The notes under the pieces: model-generated
Databases searched by the model: none
The model's input: the letters and a program-made list of their open reading frames with translations, nothing else
Told to the model about the DNA's origin: nothing
Origin: Bigelowiella natans CCMP2755
Taxonomy: Eukaryota > Protista > Cercozoa
Length of the DNA stretch: 64,000 bases
Direction: 5' to 3'
NCBI GenBank assembly: GCA_000320545.1
Contig: ADNK01002960.1
Location: 66,505-130,504 of the forward strand
Shown here: positions 33,600 to 49,847 of the stretch, piece after piece
Numbering within the stretch: the stretch's first letter is position 1
Layout: the number at the start of each line of letters is the position of its first letter
Program-made: the position numbers and the translations under genes

Positions 33600-35664
33600 C
33601 TATACGATATAATATTATATACAAAATCTATACAATAGGAAACACAACTTTGATGAGGCTTCGGTCTGCTCGATTCTCTGCATATGTTGTGGGGGCGGCG
33701 CACACAAGAGAGAGAGACGAGAGACACACACACATTTTGTCAAAACCATTTGCAGGGCGAAGATCCGCACGCATCTTCCACGCCACGCATAAATATATAG
33801 CGTGTCACAAACATATCAAGGCACTCCGTTGGAAATTCAGACGAAAATAATCGAAAAATACAATCCAGCCTCGGAACAAATGCCCATGCACACCACCCTT
33901 AGTCACGATCTTCTACAACGTTTCGTGTTGTTTTATGACACTAATTTGAACGCAGAGGTGATGCAAGCATCGAGTCTTATCGCACGCCTCGTCGGAATTG
34001 CGGAAAAGCAAACGGTAGAGTACCCGCGTCAACTCATCGTTCTTCTTTTGGATTTTAAGCAGGTCTTTATTCCTCTCCCTGATCTCGCTGTGGGGAAGGA
34101 AGAAAGGGACAAACTGTTATTTTCAACCCACGCCCTTACTATTGAGGAAAATCATGCCGCGTCGTGTGCATATGTGCGGGGCGTCAAACGTGCTGACTTT
34201 AGCTTTCGATTCTCCTCCATCGCTGCCTCGTATTGCCTCTTCAACTTCATCTGCAAGCGGTGATTACAAGCCGGCATTTCACGCGAGGAAATCGAAGAAC
34301 GTATCAAAAAACACAGTGCAACGGTTCGGAACCAAACGGCAAGCAGGAAGATTTACGACGAGAAAAACCAGGCCCTTTAATGGGCTCCAGTAATGTATTG
34401 ATGTGGTTTGTAACACGTACATATTCGTCTCTTTCAGGGCTCAACTGCCGCTTCAGCCTATGCGGGGAACAAGAGCAAATTGCACTTCAAAACAAATACG
34501 CTCGACGCTCTTCCCAGGAGAAGAGAAAGCGAATTGGAAGTTTCACTAACACCCACCGCGCTTCACGTGCGTTTCGACGCCAAAAAAAAGAGAAAAAGGA
34601 GAAAAAGAAAGAATCCATCACCATCACCGTCGTCGTCATCGTCATCATCATCATCATAATGATTGAGAAAAAACCGGACATTGGACGCGGCTGTTTCACT
34701 ATCACATTCTCTCCCATACAAGCTACCCGCCATGCGCTGTGAGCGTCAACTTCGCCTTGACTCCTACAGCGCCTTTGGCGTTTTTAGCGCCCTCCTGCCC
34801 CATTGGTAGTAGGAATGTCTTCGTTTCCTCCCCGCCCTTCTGTGCAAATCACACGCGCCAAAGTCAGCTCTTGACTTGTTCGGGGAACAACCCCGCTGCG
34901 TAAGCGACTCCTTTCCGCCGAAACGGGGGGGAGGGAAATACGCTCGATAAGGAGGATTAGCCCTCTTCATCGGAGATAGCGAAAAAATACTGGGAAAACG
35001 CGCCCCGCAAACATCGTTTCGGAGAGTCAAAACTCGTCTCGCCTCGCCATTATCGACGTTATTGGCGCAATGGTTAAAAAAGAAAAATCTGCCTCTCCCA
35101 AGCGATAACGATGGTAGGAATGCTTTTTGGTGTCTTTGCCACCCCCTGAAGTCAGGAATACTGCCACCACGACTACTTCTACTAGGGTGTTATCTCTTAA
35201 TGACGGTTCGACGATGTCGCGCTTTACCAGCTCAATCGTCCGTGATATGAAGTTCCAAGCAGCACTGTTCTTTGATTCCCGGCATTTCTGTTAAAGGCAG
35301 TGGACGTTAAGGGCATCGATGACGGATAGGCCAGGGATGAGGAGGTGCGGTATTCTGTTATTATGCTATTACAACCGGGAATGCTATGCCTATGCATACA
35401 TCACTATCAACGCAAAGCATATCGCAGGTCATTTTAACGTAACGAGTCATTTGTCCAAAAAACTGAATGCCCACTATCATTTCCCTCTCTTGCCTGTCTC
35501 TCGATTCACCGCCCCCTCTCCCATCCCCCCCCCTTCCTCTACTGCAATGGACGACAACGCAGACTCACGTTGTACGTCGAGCCGGAGAGCTGTACGCACG
35601 ATGGAACCTGGATTTTTAAAACAAGTTATTTTATAATAACAAGCAACTAGAACAGATCTTGCAA

Positions 35665-35729
<65 letters not shown>

Positions 35730-35880
35730 ATGCAAAAAGCGATTTGAGAGCGAGGGCCTAGATTGCTAGAATGTATTGCATAAATGACGCCATTGCTGCA
35801 CGCACGCACCCCTGTCTGCCTCAGCACATCTGCAAAGGAAACCTGCCAAATATGTATGATATATTATATATTGAGAATCA

Positions 35881-35927
<47 letters not shown>

Positions 35928-35976
35928 TATAGCTCTATCTTAACAATCTTCACTGTTTCAAGATTGATAAACCGAA

Positions 35977-36014
<38 letters not shown>

Positions 36015-37254
36015 CCTCTCTCTCTATGTGTTGTTGTTGTTTTGTGTGTGTGTTTGTGCATGCTCTTCCTGTGTATTTGATGATCATGTGCCATTACGGT
36101 GTCTCCAAAGTAGCAATAGCGAGGAGCATTAATCCCCACAACCTAAACCACATTACATTTGTACTTTATACACAACACACACACATACACACACGCACAC
36201 ACACACATTACACACACACACACACACACACACGCGCGCGCGCAATCCATAAATGCGGATTTGTAACAACACGAACCCACCCCCGCATAGGCCCTTCCTG
36301 TATGCACGCCGACCCGAACTTTTATCTATATAATAAGTTAAATCGAAATAACGTTAGGATATGTCTTTCGTAAGCAGCGAAGCCCTATTATCTTCGTGAC
36401 CCCCTTTCCCCCCCCCCCCCCCCCCCCCCCCGCCCTTCTTTTTCCTTCAAAATCTAAGCGATTTATCTCGTCGCTGTTGGATGTTCTGGCTAGTTGCATC
36501 GGTATGTGCAGCAGCCGCTACTTACGTGTTTGCCGTTGGAATGAGTCAGCTTCTGCGAGGCCTAATGGGACAGGGTAGAACCAACATTGCGCGCGCTCAA
36601 CCATATTACATATATATAATATTGGTATATATATATATATATTATATATATATATTATATATAAATATATATATATATATATTATATATAAATACAAATA
36701 TATCTAGATATATGCACACGGGCTGATGGATATATTTAAAAAAAAAAGGAATACAGGCAGAATAACACAATATATCTTGATGTGTGGGTACTGAACATCA
36801 AGTATAAAGATGAATACTGGCGGAACAACTCGTAATATATCTTGATATATATCTAAATTATATATAATACTATTTTTATGGCTGTTCCCAGCCGATTTAA
36901 ACCTTCAGCATGGCCTCCGCAAACCGCATCATTCTCACCGCGTGGTCCTTCTGTATACACGACACAACAGCGACAAACGCAGCGCCCTCAGTGTGCTCCT
37001 TGCCAGAAAGCTTTTGGGTTTTGAGATTCAGGTCGAGAAGCAAACTTTTGTACGGCGAACTTCCAAATGCCCCGCCAACACCGAGCCACCACTCAGGGCT
37101 GCTGCTGTTGGCGGAGGCGAGTTTGAATGGGGAGGGAAACGTTGTTTTCCCTGCAAAACTCGTGACTTTTTATTGAGTGTATATGTAGGTTCTGAGTAGC
37201 GCCTGACTGGGAGTCTTTCTCTTTCTGCCTCTCTCTCGCTCTCTCTCAGTGTGC

Positions 37255-37293
<39 letters not shown>

Positions 37294-37322
37294 GGTGCGT
37301 GCGTGAGAAAGAGAGAGAGAGC

Positions 37323-37369
<47 letters not shown>

Positions 37370-39106
37370 CGAGGGAGAATGAGCACAAATGCAGTTTCCT
37401 AATCACGCAAATTCTCACATTTCCCTCTTGCCCTGACGTGGCCATGTAGACATCCCCAAACGTGGCGACTGGCAAAATAACACCGCAAACAAGCATCGCT
37501 CACGGCTCTTCTACATCAACGGCGCGGCCGCTCATAAACCCCGTACCTGCTTGCACGCCGCACTTTTCAGCCAGTTTGTCAAAGGTCGCGAAGATCTGAT
37601 GATTGCGGAAAAATGCAGCACCAATACAACACAGTTTGCTGAACTATTTATATCAGCAAGAGGAAGGGTGACTGCGCCTCTATCATCGGCTCAAGGCCGG
37701 GCGAGGAGACTAGTAACATCTCCATATATGCCTACTACTGTATGAAGGTTTGTATCATATTGCCTTCACGCCAATCGGCACTTAAGTCTCAATGAACATA
37801 TCCTAACACGCATCCATATGTGATACCTCATTCACGAGAAGAAGCAAGTTAGGCGTGGAGAGGTGAGCTGCCAGAGAAGAGAAGTCCTCGATATCCTTCA
37901 ATCATCATCGATGCTCAGCAAGAGAATGCGCAATAACGACACGGATTGCAGTGCAATCAATCCCAAGCACATATAACAAATCCGTCACGACTTCACCCGT
38001 ATTGACGCCGAAACTCATATAAAAACCAACCTATTTCACATTGTAAGCTCACGGCATAAACCCTACAAACATGCAGCATCTGAACAGCGTGCTTTGGGAA
38101 AGATCTAGTTTGCGCGGTGCCCTCATACCGCAAACAGAATCGTCACGGAGTCGAAGCTGTCCGCTATCAGATGTTCTCCTGTTTCACACAAGCACCCACA
38201 CGATGTCGCAAATATGCGAAATATAGCGAAAAGCACATTTACATCTATTAAATGAAATGTAGTTGTAAGTATGGATTTTCCATCATCATCGCTACAACAC
38301 CTTTAATGGTAACCAAATCAGCATCCACGCCACATTCGTTCTTCTTGGTTAGTCACGTGTCAATCATGCTACTATCACCATGGAGCAGTCGCGTTGTGAC
38401 CGAATACGGCAAAATCTTGTGCAGCAGCCTTAGCTCCTCCGCCTCTCGCATTTCCTTTTGCCATACCTACACAACGCGCGCGCAAGCAAGATGCCATGCC
38501 GAAAGTAGTCAGGACGTTAAAGATAGTGAAAATGCCTAAATCGCAGCGAATCTGTGACTTCCACTCTCGTCTCTCGGCTATATTAACACATTTTGAGGCA
38601 AAGGGCAGGTAATACTTATGCTCTAACAGGGAACGGCTTGACGCAGTATGTTAATAATTTAGGCGTTTTTTGAAGTCAATATACACAAATATCTATATAA
38701 TATATATATATATATATATATATTGATTGTATAACCTGCTTTAGCTGTATTTGAGTCCTCACTCGAGCAAGTAGCTCCACCTAATCAAGGTTCATTTTTA
38801 TAAATATATATGCATATCTTCCAGATCACGTACAGAATAGCCGGGGGGCGGGGCGGGGGGGGGGGGGGGGGGGGGAAAAAGCCAAGCCTCAACTGTAAAA
38901 TACGCACGCAAGCGTTATATCTCGACTAACGCTTTTCCCCACACCTTCTTAAAGGGCTTTGACACGTAGTCGTTTGCGCCGTGGTTGAGCCCCGTCGCAA
39001 TGCTTTCAGCTGCGCTTTTCGCGGAAACCTATCAGAAGCGATACAATCTGAGCTCTCTTTATTGCGCCTTCGCCGCCGCCCCCCCCTCTCCCCCCCTCTA
39101 TCTCTT

Positions 39107-39152
<46 letters not shown>

Positions 39153-39905
39153 TACATAAATAAAAATGTGTATGAAAATATATAATACATATGTTTAAGT
39201 ATCATCCTGAAGCATGTAGATCACTATTGGGAACGGCATAGACGGCGCTCATTATTCCCCCCAATCATCATCATCATCATCACCATCATCTATACGAAAA
39301 TCATCGTATTTTACCATAATTATCGGCAGAGCGCGGGTTGGGTACCTTCGGTGTGTGTAAGAAATTTGATAAGACGGCGAATCGAGCGCCCCCCCCCCCC
39401 CCCCCCTCCCGCACTAAAATCAAACCCGCCCATTCATTCGTTGTTACACGCTGCGTCATCGCTACTATTACTTCGATCTAAGGTGCTCCGCGACTTTGTA
39501 GCCGGACATTCCAGGCATCATCACGTCTAAAATCATACGTTAATGAATATCAGCGCACCGTCATTAGCGAATACAACCGACAACGAAGAAACATCCAAAT
39601 CCTAACACCGCGCCTCAATCGGCGCGACTTGTCCGCGGAGACAAAGGCCATCTCTAACCCCTTCCGCAACGCGAAAATCACAAGATTGCTTCTTGGCCTT
39701 TCCTCAAAAAAATTTGGAAAACAAAACCCCTCGAAATGCATGGTGGCAAACAGCGTCTGCGACCGCGCGAAAGGAGTGGAAAAATCCAACCACAAAAGTA
39801 AAGGGAAAAACTACGAGGAATTACCAAGAAGAATGACGTCAGGAAGCCAGTCGCCAGGCGACTCATGCTATTCCAACAGCACCACAAACAACACTTCTCA
39901 CCAGC

Positions 39906-39945
<40 letters not shown>

Positions 39946-40232
39946 TTATAATATACAAATAAATAGAATTCGCGTGTATAAAATCAAAACAGAGAATAAT
40001 CTGTACAAACGAATACTCCTTTCCCCCGTCCGCACGCCTTCTCCCCCCCCCCTCCCCGTATGCGTTCTAAACAGGATGGATTGATGCAGCTATTTGGAGA
40101 TCTGTACGTCATCATCCGTCTCCCCCTTCTCGAATTTGGTGAAACGTTCCTATCAACAACACACGAATGAGAAGGCTTTTTGCACTGCTACTGCGTGTAT
40201 ATATATAAAGATATATATATCTATCTCTCTCC

Positions 40233-40283
<51 letters not shown>

Positions 40284-40811
40284 ATATTCGTTTAATGATG
40301 ACCTTTACGGTGTCCAATGCCTCAAATCCATTCATCGCTTTGATGACCTTGTACCCCGCCGCGCGAAGGACGTTTGCCATCACCTAGAAGGCCGAATATC
40401 ACGACGTAACCCGAGAATGCCTCTCTTGCATATCGCACATAGATCGCGCCGATGCTTAAATATTGCGATGAAGAAGTCGAAGGCATCGCGCTGATGCTAT
40501 TATAGTAGGAAGGCTTTCGTCGCCATGCGTTGGTAACGCCTCGAGGAGCTACGACGTAATCCCTCTCCCCCCCCCCTCTCCTCCCTCATGCTGCGATTGT
40601 GCGAAGCTCGCCTACCATCTGATTCACTGGATCGTCGTCAACCGACAGCACCGTGTACTGCGCGTGCATTGGGTTTGGATTTAGATGAAACACGAACGAG
40701 GGTAAGGGAGGAGAATACAATGAGAATGCAAGAAACCAAAGAGCGATAAGAAGTGAGCGAGGGAGGGAATGGGGGAATGGGAGAAATAGAGAGAGAGAAG
40801 AGGAAGAGAGA

Positions 40812-40843
<32 letters not shown>

Positions 40844-41155
40844 AAGTGAGAGGTTTGAGGGCAGGAGAAAATGAACACAAGCGTAAACACACGGCAGCAC
40901 AGAGACAAACGTCCACACGCGATATCCTTTACTCTGAGCTGCATTCAAATGGCAAAGAGACAACGAATAGCGGCTCGCATGATGTGCCTTTTTCTCTGCT
41001 TTCTCCTTGCTTTTCTCGCTTCCAATGTCCTTCGTCGGGTTGAAGATGTACGGGTGATCTTCCGCTCTGGGAACCTGATATCACCGGGGATTGCATCGTC
41101 GCTCTCAGCGTTGTTTCGCTAGGCAAGTGATACGTGCCTTTGCAATATATCATAT

Positions 41156-41197
<42 letters not shown>

Positions 41198-41410
41198 CTC
41201 TAAGTGTGCTTCTGTGTGCGTGCATCAACCGCACAACCGTAACAAACAAGCCTCTCAAGTGCCAATATCGGCACGCGAGGATAGATACCTCGTGCTCGCC
41301 CTGCGCTCTCGCCCCTCCTACGTGGAAAGCAGCACCCACAACGACAGACGTCAGTTGATGGATATACAAATCTCACAACTGCATAGCGCCAAAGTATAAT
41401 AGTATTTTAG

Positions 41411-41450
<40 letters not shown>

Positions 41451-42660
41451 TTTATTTTACTATATTGATCGTGGAATATGAATTTAATACTGCGCCTAAG
41501 ACCTGCCGTTTTTCGGTGATTGTACGTCAAAACGCTGTCAACTAGCGAATCGAGCCGATTGGAGTCTCTTAGAAGCGCGGCTTTTCTTGTTTTCTCTGAA
41601 GGTGAAAGAGGTGAAGGCGGGGAGCAATGGACATACAAACTCAGGGTCTCTCATTGCATCTGAGGATGCAATCGGTCGGCACACGCGCATTTAAAAACAC
41701 ATACAAAGACAGAAAAAACAAACAACTACCTGTGGGAGACGTTTTGGGAGAATTACTACGGGCTGGCTTCTTTTCCTCCTCCTCCTCGTCATCGCCCTTC
41801 GCCTCCTCTCTGATTTCTTGCAAAACGGGCCGAGAAGATGTCCTTTTCTTGACAGCCTATAAGGGAGAATCAAGCGGGAAATGGAGGGAAGAAAGACGAG
41901 GCGGAGGGGGGCGGCGGGGGGGGGGAGGGGGAGAAGAAGGAAAGTCGTCGATCAATAGTCTTATGTGAGGTATTAAAAAATCATTAAAATAAAAATGTAG
42001 GTTTTTAAGATGTATAGTTTACGAGCATGGTTTTTTAGGCTCACATGGAATTTTATCAGACTTTGATCGATGATAAAAGAAATGAGTGGATTGTTTTTTT
42101 GCCGGTTTTTTTTTTTCCTCTTCAATTTATTTGTTTTTGCCCTCCTCACCGAGGTCACGTTTAATTCTCGCTCTATCTCCGAGCTTTCCTCCTTTCTCTG
42201 ATGACGATGCAAAACGCGTTAGGAGCTGCTGGGGGAAGAAGCAAAAGCATCCACACCGAGAAGACAACAATGCACCTCTCGTGTGAGAAAGTACCTTGCT
42301 CGTGGTTGGCTTGTCTTGGTCTACTTTTCCTGGAGATTCAACAAGGAAAAAAAACACGCACTCAATATCCACCGCGAGTCTGATAATGCTCTTCACAGGC
42401 AACCGTCAAATTATTCTCCTCTCAATAACGAGTCGTCTCCTCCTCCTTCCTCTACTTCACGGAAAGGAACGTGAAACGCGCGACCGCTGAACCGTCCCAC
42501 CTTCAAAGCTAACTGGGATAGTAAAAAAGAACTGCGATCCTTTCCCATATTCCGACTTCAGCCACTAAGTATGACCCCGACGTAAGTTTCGCGATTTGCG
42601 TTGGAAAAAAGGCAAAGTCCACGAATTGATGAATGCCGAGTGCAGAGATGAAAGAATATC

Positions 42661-42695
<35 letters not shown>

Positions 42696-42806
42696 CGTGT
42701 TAATATGATATTATAAGAATTAGTATGGGGAAAACTTACTCAAAGTGAGAAAGAGAAAGGTAAAGAGGGACAGATAAAGGGAATTAGAGAGAGAGATAGG
42801 GAGAAT

Positions 42807-42844
<38 letters not shown>

Positions 42845-43249
42845 AAGAAAATAACCAAAATACCACCCACCCTCCCAACAAACAGCACGTTCAAATCCGC
42901 AACCACCGCATAAACAACAAACATAGGCACTTCACCATCTTCCCTCCGTGCAGCTTGATTAGTCCTTCCGACAGGGGCAGGCCCAACCCTGTTCCACTAC
43001 ACAATAAATGTCCCAGAACCGCCATAACAACGCCTTTCTTAGCGAACGAATATCACCGCTACCAACACCGGGAAACATGCCGTAACAACAGATATACACT
43101 CGCTATTAACAGCGATTTTGACGTGCTGCGGCGGGAGAAGACACACAACTGCATCAGGCCATAGCATCTCTAATCATCATGCTAGCCATCCATCCATGAT
43201 TTTGACTGACTGCTTTACGGTACGGTGTCGAGTAAAGACATCAATATAA

Positions 43250-43305
<56 letters not shown>

Positions 43306-43497
43306 TATATGATCTTATATCCGGTAGATCCTATTGCAGTCTCCACCTGTACTCCTTTGAAGACGCGTTGTCTGCTTGCTCGAAAACTGTGAAAATCTGT
43401 TGGAAAACAAACAGCAAAGAATCGCATCAGTTGACTCAGAGAAAGAAAAGCCAAACTCTTTATATTGAAACATAAAATATATAAATACATATATATC

Positions 43498-43533
<36 letters not shown>

Positions 43534-44395
43534 TGTGTGTGTGTGTGTGTTTGTTTCATGTGTATACTATCATCTGGGAGCCCTCCCCCCCCTCCTTCCT
43601 TCACTTCCAAGCGTCAAATCTCTCGGCTGTTGGGTGATTGCAGAAGATGCATGCTCCCGGGAATGCCCTGGATGTGCTAAATATGTTTGGTGATTTGCCT
43701 TGTCGAGATGCTTGTCTTTAATCCCAATACCAGTGTCTTCAACCATCACTTGCAGCATCTTCTTATCTGTGATTAGGATTGGATGTGAAATTGATATTGC
43801 AATTGCCTCCTCCCCCCTTCCGCTCTCCTCCCAAACTTCTCTCTCTCTATCTCTCTCTCTCACTCCCTCTCGGCGTCGCTCGCTGTGTGTCGTGGTGTTT
43901 CCCCGTATTGCATATACCATTTAATCATCAACTGCCTATCACCCAACAGCAAATTCAAAACTGCGAGTAGTAAAGACTATCCCAAACATCGCTTCTCCCT
44001 TGCACATTCAGGAAATCGCGAGGGCAGAACGGGAGGGCAGTGATATCCCTCGCTTTAACGGTTTAATCGTTCAATTGCGTTGTTCTTCTCTCACCTTTCA
44101 CATTGATGATGCTGCTGACAACTTTCACGTGCCTGTGTGTACCAAATTTTGCATGTGTCAAATGCCTCATACAATGAAATCGGGGGGTGGGGTGGGGGGC
44201 GAGAGGATAACTTTTTGTTGTCTTTTTACCCTTCTTTGGTAAACTTGCACGCATTTCCAATAAGATTGTATAATATCTGGGCGCGGAAGGGAGGGAGGAA
44301 GAGAATATATTAGTTTGGCCGGTTTTGAGTTCTTTTTATGGGTGCGTGAAAATACACAGTAAGTGCTAGGTACGAGAGTGTGTGTTGTGTTTGTG

Positions 44396-44438
<43 letters not shown>

Positions 44439-44665
44439 GCTATCCCCTGTGTGCCTTGAGATTGATGGGATGGTTGAAAGATATTGAGAGTACCTGCACG
44501 ATTCTCTCCCTATCCGCGACTATTTGAACGCTTTCTACTTCGTTAATCAACTTCACCTGGCAAAGCAATAGAGATTTATATCTTTGACGTACGTAGTATT
44601 GGGTGAGTGATTGTGTGTGCGCGCGCGCGTATGTGTATGCGATATCTGCAATGTGATAGGCACAC

Positions 44666-44712
<47 letters not shown>

Positions 44713-45353
44713 CTCTCTTTGCGTGTGTGTGCAGCTATCTATACTATAAACACACACACGCTCACTCACACACACACTTGTACATGTGTGCGTGTATTAC
44801 GTTTCTTTTCTTGATTTGGACGCGGCGCTTGAGATCGATTTGGTTCTCCAGCATCTTCATCACCTGCGATAAACATAACATCGACGCATAGCAGCACAGC
44901 ATTCATCAGTGAGCTGCTTGCCGACAATGTGTAACGCCTACAACAGCCCACACTTACAAAGCACAACTCATACCTCCAACACGGAATCGTGATTTAAAAA
45001 AGAAAGAAAGAAGAAATACCATTTTCTCCGTGTACTATTCAATGATTCCCACATTAGCACTTGCAATCACGATAACTTAAAATAATAATATAGTGTACTT
45101 TTCCATGATGATATTTCTGTCAATCCCTCTCCCCCCCTCCCTCCCTTCCCCCCGTGGTTTTTCCTCTCCTCGTCTCTCTCGTCTGATTCTCCCTCTCACT
45201 TACCGCACCTCTCTTACAGCTTGTTTGAAATCAAACGTCGCAGGTCGCAGGGCCATCTTGCCCTGTAAACAGACGCAACCAAACACATAGATGATATACT
45301 AGAACAAGGCACCCCTTTGTTTCTCATACTTTCTATTCTTATGTTAAATATCG

Positions 45354-45415
<62 letters not shown>

Positions 45416-46271
45416 TCAATCTAAAAATCGACGCGACAACTAGCAGTAGCCAATCAGCTCATAACCAGCATCGAGTACACACACACACACACACGCACAC
45501 ACGCACACGCACAAACAAGCACACTCATTCCCCACCTCTTTAATCTTAGACATGTTCAGGATTTCATTGACTAGGTTCAGCAGCCGCTCCCCGGACCGGA
45601 AAATGTCCTTCAAGTTCCTTTTCGCCGTCTCGTCGCAAATGCCAATCTGTGTTGGTTTATCCGGGAGTGTTCGTGACAAATGAAACACTAAAAAACAGCT
45701 GGGTAATGACGTATTCGGTGTACTATTCAAGGAGCGGATTTGTATTACATAATATATATATATATATATATATATATTTGATATATAAATACAAATGCGA
45801 CCACAGTATCTTAGTTTTGGTATCAATAAATACCTCCGGATCTGTTTCATTTTCCATCATTGTTTGGGATAGACCTATTGTTTGTTATCATGCAGAATTT
45901 ATGGTGTCAATATATATTCCTCCTTAACGCTATGACTCATTACACGTTTGCTTCTCCGCCCCTCACAAAGCAGAATCATCAAGACAAGCTATACAAAACA
46001 TCGATCTGTGCTTGTTGTGCTTGAAAAACCTCGTGTGTATGATAAGTTAAGGTGTAAAAATGACGCGTGCGAGAAGAATCAGAACGTGTTACGCAGTGTT
46101 CAAATGAGGAAGGAAAAATCAACCCATAATCCCGTGCAATGGTGTGCGCAACTCGTGGCTGACTCCGGCAAAGAACCGGTCTTTTTCGACCTAAATGAAC
46201 CCCAAAATCCAACAAAAACAACAATACATATGTAACATACACAAACGGCGTATACATATATACATGCATAC

Positions 46272-46311
<40 letters not shown>

Positions 46312-46446
46312 CACGCACTTACAACGTATTGTACTACTGAAAAGGGTACCGTCACTCGTTTAAAGCGTTCTTCCTGCATCTTAATGACCTATTTGACGAG
46401 TTATATCGCCATAGCAAAAAATAACAAACCAACGTGCACACAAAAC

Positions 46447-46477
<31 letters not shown>

Positions 46478-46970
46478 TATCAGTCTTTAGTGCGCTCGGT
46501 TTCACTAGCACGAAGGTCGTCGCGAGCATGCTCTCTTCGCTTCGTCATTGAACCATGTGAAAAGCAAACAGTGGGGAACTTCATTTGTCAGAGCTTTCGC
46601 GGAAACTACGGATTCCCAGCTACCATCTACAACGGGTGGTGCGCCACAACAACAACACCACGAGCGAATCTACTTTGTCCTGCAGGTGCTTCAATTCGGA
46701 GATGTCGCTTTGGTTCATTATAATCGACGGTTTGCCTGACACTGGATCCTGTTGGGGAAACGAAGGGAATCGAGAGAATTTGACGAATGCCGCGCGGTTC
46801 GGTTTGGTTTAATGTACTCAGCTATGGTGGCGATCTGGAAGATGCTGACTGCTCTCGCGCTCTCACGAGAGGGCGGGATTTGGATGTGTGTTGGTATGGC
46901 TACGTGTTTCTTGCCGACTTGCGTGTATCTGTGTGCGTGTGTATGTGTGTGCGCGTGTGTGTGTGCGCGC

Positions 46971-47003
<33 letters not shown>

Positions 47004-47516
47004 AACGTTCTATTATTTTGAATCATTTTTTTAAATGAAGGAGTTGGCCGCAGCACCTGATTGTAAACAGCTCGTATGTCATGCCAAACGGCCTCCTCGC
47101 TGAGATACAACACAGTGCGTTCAAGATGACAACGATGTGCGTGGCCGCGGTTATAGAACTACGCGTTATAGAGGGATATAACAGCTGTGGAGAATGACAG
47201 GACCTCTCCCATTTTTAATATAAAAATGAACATATTCGTGTGCTTGCGTGTGCTTGTGTTTCTTATGCATATATCATATCGTATATAATTAACAAACAAG
47301 CATACACGCACGCGCAGCCCCAAGCAAAACGCGTATTTATCATGTACAGATACAGATGGGTAGGTGGGTATGCAAATCGCCACTTACTTGTCGGAGTTCG
47401 TGTCTGTTTGTGATTCCTAAATTATCAATAACAACGCGTTTATTCCCATAAATCTCCGCTATAATACCGCATTTACTTTTGCAAACATAAACACATACAC
47501 AACACACATAGTAACG

Positions 47517-47549
<33 letters not shown>

Positions 47550-48784
47550 TACAAAGTCGATATAATCTCACACAGTTCTTGATAGATAGTGCAGTGATGA
47601 CAACGGCTATGTACACTGACGATGGTGGACAGACCGTTGATTTGCCATCTTTGCTGTGCCGCTCTAGAATAGGCATTGCTATCTCCCCTTTCCAAGTGCC
47701 GCGAAGCTGCCAAATCGCGCAACTCATCGTCATCAAATATATACTCTGGCCAACTACGTGCACAGCTAATATGCACGCTGTGTATTGGCTGAAAGATGCA
47801 AATGATGGATTTCTCTTCTCGGCTCGCATTGTTTTTTAACAGCGAGTGCAGCTTCGTGCAATAAACGACAAAGGACCTTATCTCTTATATTGGCATTCAC
47901 GCAAGCGCTCAAATGCAGCTAACACTGCGTTGTTAGGTACAATATTAGTTGTTTTTCAACCTTATCCGAGCACCGAAACAGCAAATCGTCAACCAGGGCT
48001 TGATCGCGAAGAATCGACTTTACCAAACATCACAAAACACACAAAACACGCAGCAGTCACAAACGCTAAGTCAATCCTTTGCGAAAAAGAAACTATGCGC
48101 ACACGCTGATTTGGATTAATGAACGACGATACACGATACAATCTCACAACTATATAAATTGAAACAAAGGAAAAGACTAATGCTATCAGTTAATAACCGT
48201 AAAAAATGGCAAACCTTTAAAGGCGTGGAACCCTGCTGGAAATGACCCTCTTTGGCCAGCACGTCATAGTATTCTTTGGCCTTTATTTAGACAAGAGCAT
48301 TTGCAATCAGATGCAGAGAAGCGCACGCAAATGACTGTAGTGAGAACGTGCTTGCTAACATAGCCTCCTTGCTAATCTAGAAGCGTGGACACTACAAGGT
48401 CTCCACGACAACCGGAGATACGCACTCAGACACGCATTTCGGGTAATGTGAAAGTGGATTTGCTGCATGGCGTTGGTGGAAAGTTACCCGAGGGTTCTGG
48501 ATCAAAACCTCGCCGTTTGTATTGAATATTGTGATCAGCGTATTCGCATACTCAAATCCTGATTGATATTGGGTTTTCGTGACGATGCCGTAAGAACCGA
48601 TATATCTAACTCGTGCGGCTAAATGAGCGTGCGCGCGTGTGCCGGCTATTCCACGTGTCGTTAGCTGGTATTTTTGAATATTTGATTCGTTACTGCTCGT
48701 GGATCTTTGCATCTGTTAATGTGCTAAGCAACCTTCAATCTTGCGCCGTTCTTCTGCCACCTGAGACGTGCAGTTGGTACAATT

Positions 48785-48834
<50 letters not shown>

Positions 48835-49265
48835 ACATATTTAGGAACATACCGCCTCCGTATCCTTCACGATTTCTTCTACCAATACCCATGTGCGTGT
48901 AGAGCCGTCCTGTGGTAGCGGTGATGGTATTTATTATAGTGATGACAACAATGGTGCTGGTGATGCAAATTACGATGACTGTGATGATGGAAACAGCGGA
49001 GATGACGATTTTGTTTACGAGTTTAATGACGGTGGAGATGGTGATGATAATGCTGCAGATCGAGTCAAGCAAGCTAAGTAGCAATTGTAGTGATTCTAAT
49101 GAAATTAACAATAATCTGCATAGATAGAATATCTAATATTCCAAGAAAGCACTATCCAATAAATAGTTGCGAAATCCTTGTTTTATTATGATTCTCCCCT
49201 CCCCCTCCTACTACCTCTTCAAGCATATCGATAGGCTTCATGTTCATATTCAGCGTGTACGGCAC

Positions 49266-49306
<41 letters not shown>

Positions 49307-49809
49307 CAAATCTATATTTACACATTATGCATATATATTTACTATCAGTAAACAAATAGACGCTCATACGCGGTTGCGGTTTCACAAGATGTCAGCTCCA
49401 TAACAAAAAAGTCAGTCCAATCCTTCATTGATGCTTAGAAGTAATATATATGCACACATATGCGTGTGTATATATTAATATACATATAATGCTATGTTAT
49501 TATTATATGAAACAGAAAGAGAGAGAAAGAGAGAGAGAGAGAGGGGGGGGGGGGGGGGGGGGGGGAGAGTTGAGATGAAATTCACTAACTTACCCCTCCA
49601 GGGTAGATCATCTGAGACGTTGATTTTATCTTTCTATCGACGCAAATGGACTGACCAGCAGCATTGCAGCACAAACAGAGCACGATTCACGTGTTAGCTA
49701 TAGCACAAGAGTCGGAAATACCCATAAGAATGCAGCTCTTTCAGGGGAAAAAAAAAAGAAAGAATTTGAATAATTTCTTCCCTCGCACAACATGTTAACT
49801 GCCAATGAG

Positions 49810-49847
<38 letters not shown>

